Shown here piece after piece: positions 1 to 7,928 of a stretch of 27,899 bases of DNA (positions are counted from its first letter, which is position 1; every line of letters begins with the position of its first letter). Source of the stretch: an uncultured archaeon. Lineage in GTDB: Archaea; Iainarchaeota; Iainarchaeia; Iainarchaeales; 0-14-0-20-30-16. Position numbers and translations under genes: made by a program. A model generated the notes under the pieces. It worked only from the letters and a program-made list of their open reading frames with translations, was not told the DNA's origin and ran no database searches. The DNA lies in contig CAZMGA010000009.1 of NCBI GenBank assembly GCA_964565725.1, positions 1-27,899 on the forward strand, read 5' to 3'.

Positions 1-2
1 AT

Positions 3-242
3 GATTGTAAATTTAATATAGATAATTTGAATTCTAAAATAAGAGAATTTAATGAAAAGAATAAAATTTGTAAAGTGAAAAATTTAGAATTGAAACTAGA
101 TAACATTGAATTAGATTTAAATTGTTCAATTGAAAGTAATATAAATTTTAAAAAGAAATATACTTATAATCAACATTTAGTATATAGGTATAAATTTTCT
201 AATATTTTATTTAACTGTGTGTTTGAAGATGAAGATATTTAA
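3..242 (+). CDS. 3' end of a CDS truncated by the left edge; unknown function
   Basis: The supplied ORF (27..242) uses a TTG start, but the frame is open upstream to base 3 (DCKFNIDN-LNSKIREFNEK...), so the gene probably begins outside the window. Stop at 240-242. Convergent with the next gene. Confidence 0.5.
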   Translation, partial: DCKFNIDNLNSKIREFNEKNKICKVKNLELKLDNIELDLNCSIESNINFKKKYTYNQHLVYRYKFSNILFNCVFEDEDI

Positions 243-248
243 AAAGAA

Positions 249-1196
249 TTACATTTTTTCTAAAACTTTTATTCTATCTTCTATTTTTGGGTGTGTGGAT
301 AATAAATTACTTAATTTTGGACCTGTAATAAATAGTTGAGATACCATTTGGTTTGCCTTTGTTTTTTGTCCATTTTTTGAATAATATTCATTTATTTTTT
401 TTAAAGCATTTATTAATCCTGAATTATCTTTTGTTGTTTTTACTGCTGTAGCGTCTGCTATGTATTCTCTTTTTCTTGAAATACTTAATTGTACTAAAGT
501 AGCCACAAATGGAGCTAAAATAGCTAATACTACGCCTATAATTACAAAAACAATGTTTTTATTGTCGTTATTGTTAGATATCCATAAACTTCTTAAAAAC
601 AATTCAGAAATTATTGATATTAAACCAACCATTATTACTACAATAGTTACATATAAAATATCATAATTTTGTATATGCCCTAATTCATGTGCTAAAACGC
701 CTTCTAACTCTCTTTTATTTAATAATTCTAATGCTCCTTCTGTAACACAAATTACTGCATTTTGTGGATTTCTCCCTGATGCAAAAGCATTTATTTCTTT
801 TGAGGGCATAATATAAACTTTAGGTTTTGGCATTCCCGTTGCTAATGCTAAACCTTCTACCAAATTATTTAATTGATCATATTTTTTTTCTTTTGCTTCA
901 TATGCTTTAACAGACGCCAAAGCTAATTTATCTGAATAAAAATAACTAATTAAACTATAAGTTAAAGAAATAATAATTCCTATAATTAAAAATAAAAAAG
1001 TGAATGCGGGATTATACATTTGTGCAACTATATACATTAAAGCAACAATAATTAAAGATATTACAAAAATTAATATTGCTGTTTTTATTTTATTATTTTT
1101 TATTTGGTCGTAAAAATTTATTTTTTTATATATTTGTGCATATTCTTTATAATCCATAAAATTCACCATTAAAGCATAACCCAAAGGATTATGCAT
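249..1196 (-). CDS. htpX: HtpX-like zinc metalloprotease (M48 family), membrane protein
   Basis: HELGH zinc motif (GVLAHELGHIQNYD), N-terminal TM pair, downstream E in 'SRKREYIADATAV'; adjacent to lemA. Confidence 0.93.
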   Translation of the reverse strand: MHNPLGYALMVNFMDYKEYAQIYKKINFYDQIKNNKIKTAILIFVISLIIVALMYIVAQMYNPAFTFLFLIIGIIISLTYSLISYFYSDKLALASVKAYEAKEKKYDQLNNLVEGLALATGMPKPKVYIMPSKEINAFASGRNPQNAVICVTEGALELLNKRELEGVLAHELGHIQNYDILYVTIVVIMVGLISIISELFLRSLWISNNNDNKNIVFVIIGVVLAILAPFVATLVQLSISRKREYIADATAVKTTKDNSGLINALKKINEYYSKNGQKTKANQMVSQLFITGPKLSNLLSTHPKIEDRIKVLEKM

Positions 1197-1753
1197 TAAT
1201 TAAAGTCTACTTTAACAGCTTTTCTTTCTGATTCTGATGTTTTTAAATACTCTTGTTTTTGTCCTTTTCCAAATATTTTTGCAAATATATTTCCAGGGAA
1301 TAAAGTAATAGTGTTATTGTAAATTAAAATAGAATCATTAAAAAATTGTCTAGTATATGCTATTTTGCTTTCTACATCTGTTAATTCTCTTTGCAATTCT
1401 AAAAAGTTTTCATTTGCTTTCAAATTAGGGTAATTTTCAGCAATAGCAAATATACTTTTTAAGGCATTAGAAATACTATCACTTGCTTTTAATTTAGAAT
1501 TGAAATCTTTTGATTTTGTCATGTCTGCCCTAGCTTTTGCTAATTCTGTAAATATACCTGATTCGTGTTTTGCATAACCCTTTACAGTTGAAACTAAATT
1601 AGGGATTAAATCATTTCTCTTTTTTAATTGTACATCTATTTGGCTAAATGCGTTATCTATTCTATTACTTAATACAACTATTTTATTATAGTAGTAAATT
1701 ACCATTATAATTAATATTGCAACAACTATTCCTACTAATATTAACCACCACAT
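1196..1753 (-). CDS. lemA: LemA family protein
   Basis: N-terminal TM then YYNKIVVLSNRIDNAFSQIDVQLKKRNDLIPNLVSTVKGYAKHE, and C-terminal ESERKAVKVDF. Strong Shine-Dalgarno GGAGGA just upstream of the ATG. Confidence 0.95.
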   Translation of the reverse strand: MWWLILVGIVVAILIIMVIYYYNKIVVLSNRIDNAFSQIDVQLKKRNDLIPNLVSTVKGYAKHESGIFTELAKARADMTKSKDFNSKLKASDSISNALKSIFAIAENYPNLKANENFLELQRELTDVESKIAYTRQFFNDSILIYNNTITLFPGNIFAKIFGKGQKQEYLKTSESERKAVKVDFN

Positions 1754-1821
1754 ATTGAATCCTCCATTATTATAATAATATAAATATGTTAAATAGATTT
1801 AAAAAACTAATTAAAATATAA

Positions 1822-1904
1822 TGCAGAGGGAGAGGTTCGAACTCTCGAAGGCCTGCGCCACAGGATCTTGAGTCCTGCCCATTTGACCGCTCTGGAACCT
1901 CTGC
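1822..1904 (-). tRNA. tRNA-Leu (anticodon CAA), no encoded CCA
   Basis: Reverse complement GCAGAGG...CAGGA-CTCAAGA-TCCTG...long variable arm...GAGAG-TTCGAAC-CTCTC-CCTCTGC-A. Acceptor, anticodon and T stems all pair. Confidence 0.93.
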
Positions 1905-1911
1905 ATTTTAT

Positions 1912-1934
1912 CTTTTTCTTTTGTAAAAGAAAAG
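1912..1934. repeat. Palindrome / hairpin adjacent to tRNA-Leu
   Basis: CTTTTTCTTTT-GT-AAAAGAAAAG; arms pair with one bulged T. Confidence 0.5.
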
Positions 1935-2036
1935 TTTTTAATAATTGTAAAAAAAACTATAATATAATTTTACTCAATAATTTACCTTGGTAATTGTTTT
2001 AGTCATTGAGTATTTTCTTTCTTTAGCAAATTTAGT

Positions 2037-2064
2037 TTTCCTTTCTTTTTTTAAAAGAAAGAAA
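2037..2064. repeat. Palindrome / hairpin adjacent to the 3' side of tRNA-Gly
   Basis: TTTTCCTTTCTTTT-TTT-AAAAGAAAGAAAA type inverted repeat with one bulge. Ends are approximate because of homopolymers. Confidence 0.5.
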
Positions 2065-2073
2065 ATATAGAAA

Positions 2074-2145
2074 TGCGAAAGCCGGGATTCGGACCCGGGC
2101 CTGAAGATTGGCAATCTCCAATCCTAACCACTAGACTACTATCGC
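2074..2145 (-). tRNA. tRNA-Gly (anticodon GCC), no encoded CCA
   Basis: Reverse complement GCGATAG-TA-GTCT-AGTGGTTA-GGAT-T-GGAGA-TTGCCAA-TCTTC-AGGC-CCGGG-TCCGAAT-CCCGG-CTTTCGC-A; full cloverleaf of 72 nt with one acceptor mismatch. Confidence 0.9.
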
Positions 2146-2154
2146 ATCTGGATC

Positions 2155-2176
2155 CCTTTCTTTTCAAAAAGAAAGG
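2155..2176. repeat. Palindrome / hairpin adjacent to the 5' side of tRNA-Gly
   Basis: CCTTTCTTTT-CA-AAAAGAAAGG, perfect 10-bp arms. Confidence 0.55.
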
Positions 2177-2216
2177 TCTAATAGGTTATCCCAAAGAAAA
2201 CTATTGGTATAATATA

Positions 2217-2843
2217 TTATTTTATAGGTAAATTTATATTTATATGGCTTTTAGATGTTTTTTCATGTTTCACTATTAATGCATGGAATTCTTGATAAAT
2301 TTTATAATCTTTGGGAATATTTGATTCTATTTCGTTTTTAATTGCATCATATTTTGTATTTTTATCAAAGTTAAAAATTCTTTTTGTATAAGTATCCACA
2401 ATAAAATAAGGCAAATTATATGCGTAAAGTAAAATAGAATCCGCAGTTTCTTTTCCTATTCCCTTAATATTTAATAATTCTTCTCTTTTTGGCGTTGTTT
2501 TTAAATTTAAAAAAAAGTTTGTAAATTCTTTTAAATAAATAGATTTTTGATTATAATAACCTGAAGGTTTTATTGCTTGTTTTATTATATTTATATCCTC
2601 ATTAAAAATTCTTTTTGGATCTATTAATTTTAATTTTCTTAAATTATCTAATGATATTTCTACTTGTTTCCAACTTGTATTTTGTGTTAATATAGCACCA
2701 ATACAAATTTCATATTTTTCTAAATTATTTTTTTCAGAATCATTTTTTAAGTTATATTTTCCATTAATTGGCCACCAACCTTGATTACCATAATTTTTCA
2801 ATAATTTTAAATAAGTTTGATAGTAATTTTTCATAATAATCAT
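2217..2843 (-). CDS. Endonuclease III / MagIII-like HhH-GPD DNA glycosylase without Fe-S cluster cysteines
   Basis: GWWP near the N-terminus, ILTQNTSWKQVE, helix-hairpin-helix LLNIKGIGKETADSILLYA, and catalytic-region Asp in YFIVDTYTKRIF. The C-terminus lacks cysteines. Confidence 0.85.
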   Translation of the reverse strand: MIIMKNYYQTYLKLLKNYGNQGWWPINGKYNLKNDSEKNNLEKYEICIGAILTQNTSWKQVEISLDNLRKLKLIDPKRIFNEDINIIKQAIKPSGYYNQKSIYLKEFTNFFLNLKTTPKREELLNIKGIGKETADSILLYAYNLPYFIVDTYTKRIFNFDKNTKYDAIKNEIESNIPKDYKIYQEFHALIVKHEKTSKSHININLPIK

Positions 2844-5800
2844 TAAAAGAAATCACCAATATTTTTTTGTTTGCTTTTTTCTTTATTAAATACAGAATTA
2901 ATTTCATCTTCTAAAATCTCTAATCTTTCTTGCGTGTATTGTGATAAATGATTATTATATACTAATTCTTTAGTAATGTCTAAATATTTTTTCACAGACC
3001 CTTCTGAAATTGTTAAAATAATATTTCCTTCTTTACATTTAGGACATTTAATTTCTGTATATATTGGCAATCTTCTAAATTTAGCATTACATTTAGAACA
3101 TCTAAATTGTTGTCTAGTGTATGCTCTTGTGTTTCCAATTAAATCTGGATAAAAATGAGTATTTACTACTATTTCCATAGCCCCTCTTTTATCTACTGCT
3201 TCAATTTTTTCTTGCAATGCTATTTGTAATAATACTTTTTTAGTCATATCATTTATTTTTGTATATGTAGATTGTTTTGGGCCTAAATCATATTGATAAG
3301 TGTCGTGAGTAAATCCAATTGAATTAAATTGATTTTCTTGATTTAATGTTTTTGATACAACTGGTATTTCTTTTAAATAGGGTTCAGAAATTGCTTCTGC
3401 GGCAATATATAATTCCAAAGGATAATTATAACCGATTTCCATTTCATGAACTTCATCATCTATTTCTGTAGGATTTATTACTACTGTTGCAACAAGTGGA
3501 GCATCCATTTTACCACCACTTTTTATTGGCAAATATCTTAAAGAAAAATTTAATAAAACATCTAACATCAAAGCCATAGAGTCTTGATCTCCATCTGTAT
3601 TTCTTCTTTTGGCTGTATTATAATAAGGATGTGCAAACATTACTCTTGAATCTGAAAAACCAATAATTCTTGCAACTACTCCTGCAGAAGTATGTGGCGC
3701 TAAACCTATTATAATTTGACCTATTAAATCTTCTTTTTTTTCAACATTATAAAATCTTTTTAAATTATAAAATTTTTCTAATTCATCATCAATAAAATTT
3801 GCAACATTAACAAAATAATCCCCAATACTAGAATTAATTACAACATCTTGGGGATATAAAGAAACTATTTGTTCTTCATTTTCTAATTTATTTCCAAAGC
3901 AATCAAAATAATATCCTAAAGCATTCATTTTTTCAATAGTTAAATTTAATTCTCTTGGTTTAAAATGAGATAAATTAGCATCTAATAAATCTGCTCTTAT
4001 AGTTCCATCTTTAAAAACATAAACTTTATTTTTTGCTCTTAATATTGCTTTTTCTATTGGTTCTGCTTCTTTAATTTCTGCAATTAATCCTTCAATTCCC
4101 TTTATTAAATCTGGAGGATTAAAAATATTTAATCTTTTTAATGCATCTTGATAAATTCTTGAAAAATCATAATTTCCTTGTTTAAAATCTTTTAAATTAA
4201 ACCCACAAGTTTTACATATTTTTTCTTTATTTTTGAAGTTTGATTCTAAATAACTCACATTACAATTATTACAATATAATAAAGGTTCAGTTTTTAATTT
4301 ACAATCAGGACATAGTTTATAAGGAATTTCTTTTTGACAATTAGGACAATGAAATAATCTTATAGATATTTCACTTAAATTTGTATTGCCTAACAAACCT
4401 TTTGATTCTTGATCTTTATTATCTACTGCTTTGTTTATATTTCTAGTAGTGCCTCCTAATTTACTTATTGGAAATAAACCTTGTGGAGAACCATTCATTT
4501 TTCTTGGTTTTGCAGCTTCTGGTCTTCCTAGTCTCGCTCCTACAAACATTTTACCCTTATCTTTTATTTCAAAACCTGCTAAATAACTTAATAATTTTAA
4601 AGGGTCCTCTTCATTGTAAATTTTTGTTTTGGATAATATTCCAAAAGTTCTAATTATAGGATACGCTACATTAGAATCTAAAATTATTTTTTCATTATTT
4701 TTTGTATAAGGTATTATTGCTTTAATAAAAAAAGTTTCTAAATTAAAATCTGAATCTAATTCTAATTCTATTATTTTACCCTTATCTATTTTTTGTATAC
4801 CTTGACTTAATTTTTCCTTTATATATTGTATTGCAGTTTTATCTAATTCATTATAAAACCAAGTATATTTTGGATATAAAGGTATATTTAAATCATCAGA
4901 AATTTTTATTGCTAAAAATGGATCTATATTTTTGTAATCTATGTTTTGATATTCTTTAAAATTATTTGTTTCATCAATTTTTTTTAGTAATAATTTATAC
5001 CACCATTCTTCACAAAAACCAACAGGTACTAAAGGATGGCCAGATTTTCTAAAGTCTCCTATTGTTATTAATATATCTCCCAAAGATAAAATTTTTTTAA
5101 TATCTTCAAATTTTGGGACTTCTTCAATTTTAGAAATGTATTTTATGCCTGAATTTAATAATACTGCTGGACCCTCTATAGTATCACAACTAGTTAAAGT
5201 AGTTCCTTTACCTGGTCTTTCCAATTTTAATTGGGACCCCATTGCAGGAAACTCTTGTAATAAATACATTGTTGCTGGATGAATAGCAGTGCCCATCAAA
5301 CCAGTAGTTCTTGTTTTTCCATATCTTAATCTAAAACCGCCAAATTTGGATGGATAACAAAATATAGGTCTACCCGCTGCAGCTCCTGCTAAAAATTTTT
5401 TTATAGGAGTAATCTCTTTTTTACCACCTGTATCTTTTACTTTTATAAATCTATTTAACCAAGACCAATCAAGATTTAATAATTTTGCAAATTTCATTAA
5501 CTTAGCAGATTTTAATCCTAAACCTTCATTTATTACTAACATTGCCCCTCCTCTAACTTTATTGGTATCTACATTTCTAACATTTCTGTTTATTTCTACT
5601 TCTTCATTTTCCGTACCAATTCCATTTACACAGCAAGGACAATTTTTTATAACATATCTTACATCATCATCAGTTAATTTATATTGTCTAGATGTTATTT
5701 GATGATAAATTTTATTTTCTTCAACATATCTTTCTATTTCTGTATCTGTTGGTTTATATTTATCTAAATTTAATAATACTGCGGCATAATGTGCTAATAT

Positions 5801-6301
5801 TAAAGGAAAAACAGTTGCAGTTCCTCCCGCAGCTCTAATTGGGCCTGCAAAAAATAAATTAATATATTTAGTATTATCTGCATTAGCTGAAATTTTTACT
5901 TCTGGTAAACCATCTACAGGTGCTACTACTACGCCCTCTGTTAATAACATTAATGCTGTTTTAACAGCTTGTGAAATTTTTGCATCATCAGAATCATAAT
6001 TTCCTAATTTATTTTCAATAATTTCTTTAAAAATTTCAAAAATAGTTTGTGTTCTATCATTTGTTTTTTCAAATATTTCAAAATATCTTTTTGTTAAACC
6101 TTCTGGGCCTGTAATCTTTTCAGTTCTGTCTGCTAAATTAGATGCTCTTTTCATTTCTACTTCTGTAGTTAAATCTAAACCTATTGCTCTAGCTTTTTCA
6201 GCAATAGAATATAATTCATTTGTTTTTTCAATTAATTCTTCAAAATATTTTTTTGTTTGTGAATCACATGGTGGTAGAATCATTATTAAACACCTTTTCA
6301 A
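2843..6301 (-). CDS. polC: DNA polymerase II (PolD) large subunit DP2
   Basis: 1152 aa; GPIRAAGGTATVFPLILAHYAA, EIEINRNVRNVDTNKVRGGAMLVINEGL-type regions, LGRPEAAKPRKMNGSPQGLFP, Cys-rich zinc-finger segments, and catalytic-region RRNTDGDQDSMALMLD. No intein visible. Confidence 0.97.
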   Translation of the reverse strand: MKRCLIMILPPCDSQTKKYFEELIEKTNELYSIAEKARAIGLDLTTEVEMKRASNLADRTEKITGPEGLTKRYFEIFEKTNDRTQTIFEIFKEIIENKLGNYDSDDAKISQAVKTALMLLTEGVVVAPVDGLPEVKISANADNTKYINLFFAGPIRAAGGTATVFPLILAHYAAVLLNLDKYKPTDTEIERYVEENKIYHQITSRQYKLTDDDVRYVIKNCPCCVNGIGTENEEVEINRNVRNVDTNKVRGGAMLVINEGLGLKSAKLMKFAKLLNLDWSWLNRFIKVKDTGGKKEITPIKKFLAGAAAGRPIFCYPSKFGGFRLRYGKTRTTGLMGTAIHPATMYLLQEFPAMGSQLKLERPGKGTTLTSCDTIEGPAVLLNSGIKYISKIEEVPKFEDIKKILSLGDILITIGDFRKSGHPLVPVGFCEEWWYKLLLKKIDETNNFKEYQNIDYKNIDPFLAIKISDDLNIPLYPKYTWFYNELDKTAIQYIKEKLSQGIQKIDKGKIIELELDSDFNLETFFIKAIIPYTKNNEKIILDSNVAYPIIRTFGILSKTKIYNEEDPLKLLSYLAGFEIKDKGKMFVGARLGRPEAAKPRKMNGSPQGLFPISKLGGTTRNINKAVDNKDQESKGLLGNTNLSEISIRLFHCPNCQKEIPYKLCPDCKLKTEPLLYCNNCNVSYLESNFKNKEKICKTCGFNLKDFKQGNYDFSRIYQDALKRLNIFNPPDLIKGIEGLIAEIKEAEPIEKAILRAKNKVYVFKDGTIRADLLDANLSHFKPRELNLTIEKMNALGYYFDCFGNKLENEEQIVSLYPQDVVINSSIGDYFVNVANFIDDELEKFYNLKRFYNVEKKEDLIGQIIIGLAPHTSAGVVARIIGFSDSRVMFAHPYYNTAKRRNTDGDQDSMALMLDVLLNFSLRYLPIKSGGKMDAPLVATVVINPTEIDDEVHEMEIGYNYPLELYIAAEAISEPYLKEIPVVSKTLNQENQFNSIGFTHDTYQYDLGPKQSTYTKINDMTKKVLLQIALQEKIEAVDKRGAMEIVVNTHFYPDLIGNTRAYTRQQFRCSKCNAKFRRLPIYTEIKCPKCKEGNIILTISEGSVKKYLDITKELVYNNHLSQYTQERLEILEDEINSVFNKEKSKQKNIGDFF

Positions 6302-7766
6302 AATATGCTCCTTTATTTAATTTTACAATTGGGACTCTTCCAGGAGTAGGCATATGTCCTTGTTCTCTTTGATAACTAGTTTGGTCTTGCCAACAACCAG
6401 GATTAATTGTTAATGTATTTTGTATTTTTCCATAACCATTAGAATGTATATGCCCAGTGATAAAAATATCTGGTTCTTCTTTAATAATCATAGTTTGATT
6501 TTCATCAGGTATTGATATATGTCTTTCACCATATATGGGGGCGAGACATCTTCTTTCTAAATATTTTTCCATAGCTAATTCTGGTTTTTTAGGATCAATT
6601 TTTAATTGAAATTGAAATGTATTCATAGAATTTCCATGATATGTTAATGTATTCACACCTTCTATAATTGCAGTAAATGGTGAACCAACCATATGCACAT
6701 TTTTTAAACCATATAATTTTTTTGTAAATTTTTTATTTATTTTTGGTTGTGGATCTGCTAATCTAGTTGCATCGTGATTTCCAGGACAAATTAATATTTG
6801 AATATGCTCAGGTATTTGCGATACATATTCATAAAATTTATCATATTGTTCATATATATCAATAATATTTAATTCTTCCAATTGATTAGGATAAATTCCA
6901 ACACCATCTACATTGTCTCCGGCAAAAATCATATATTTAATTTTATTTATTTCTTCTCTCTCTTCTAAAGATACATTCCTACAATTTATCCAGTTAATAA
7001 AATTTTTAAACATATTTTCAAAAAATAAATTACTACCTAAATGAACATCTGAAGTAATTAATAAATTTAAATCTTCTTTAGATTTATTCATAGGTTTATT
7101 AGTTAAACATGGATATTCTATTTCTTCAGCAACTATTATTTTATTACCCAAATTTTTTCCTACAACTCCAATAATATCATCTTTAATTATTTGTTTTTCT
7201 ATATTTATTAATTTTGAATTTTGAGAAATAATTATTTTAAATTCTCCATCCAAATCTTCCATCTCAAAAACAGAATTTCCTTTTTTACTTGTTCTTTTTT
7301 CATTTACTATTCCAACTAAACAAACTTGTTCTCCATCATTCATAAATCTTAACGCTTTAGATGATATTGGTTTTATATTTACATGATTACAAAGCATTTG
7401 TTTTAATAATTTAAATCTGGTTTTAAAATAAGAATCAAAATCAGTAATATCATTTTTGAAGGTTTGATTTTCTAAAGCTTGTCTATTTTTAGGTATAATT
7501 AAATTTGGTTCTGTATCTGCAGCTGGTATTTTTATACTTTTAATTATAGATGTGGGGAAATTATTATTTATTATTTGTTCTTTTATAGGATTATTTTTCA
7601 AATAATCTAAAACAAATTTTTTTTCAATTACAAAAAGGCCTTCGTCATCTGCCAAATTAATTATGTTTTTATAATTAGTTTCATTCATTTCTAATAATGC
7701 ATCTCTTGACAATACAACTTGTTTTAAATTAGCATATTCAACTATTTTGTCTAAATTGTTATTCAT
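6264..7766 (-). CDS. polB: DNA polymerase II (PolD) small subunit DP1
   Basis: 500 aa; OB-fold-like region then calcineurin-like phosphodiesterase motifs SDVHLGS, GDNVDGVGIYP, CPGNHDATR, YHGNSM, TGHIHSNG. Overlaps the DP2 start by 38 nt. Confidence 0.96.
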   Translation of the reverse strand: MNNNLDKIVEYANLKQVVLSRDALLEMNETNYKNIINLADDEGLFVIEKKFVLDYLKNNPIKEQIINNNFPTSIIKSIKIPAADTEPNLIIPKNRQALENQTFKNDITDFDSYFKTRFKLLKQMLCNHVNIKPISSKALRFMNDGEQVCLVGIVNEKRTSKKGNSVFEMEDLDGEFKIIISQNSKLINIEKQIIKDDIIGVVGKNLGNKIIVAEEIEYPCLTNKPMNKSKEDLNLLITSDVHLGSNLFFENMFKNFINWINCRNVSLEEREEINKIKYMIFAGDNVDGVGIYPNQLEELNIIDIYEQYDKFYEYVSQIPEHIQILICPGNHDATRLADPQPKINKKFTKKLYGLKNVHMVGSPFTAIIEGVNTLTYHGNSMNTFQFQLKIDPKKPELAMEKYLERRCLAPIYGERHISIPDENQTMIIKEEPDIFITGHIHSNGYGKIQNTLTINPGCWQDQTSYQREQGHMPTPGRVPIVKLNKGAYFEKVFNNDSTTM

Positions 7767-7928
7767 AACTACACCTACAGATTATCTCTGAGTAATAATT
7801 AAATCAATACCAAAAATTATTTAAAGGCAAAGTTAAACATAATTAATATATTCCCTTTTAAACTTTTTCAATTATATATACTATTATAAATTATTTTATA
7901 ATATTGAATTTAATAAAAAGGGATATTA

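Noticed and set aside
460-4653. Antisense ORFs 460..666 and 4468..4653
   Set aside because: They lie wholly antisense to well-supported htpX and DP2 genes and have low-complexity Leu/Ile/Phe-rich translations typical of antisense reading in AT-rich DNA.
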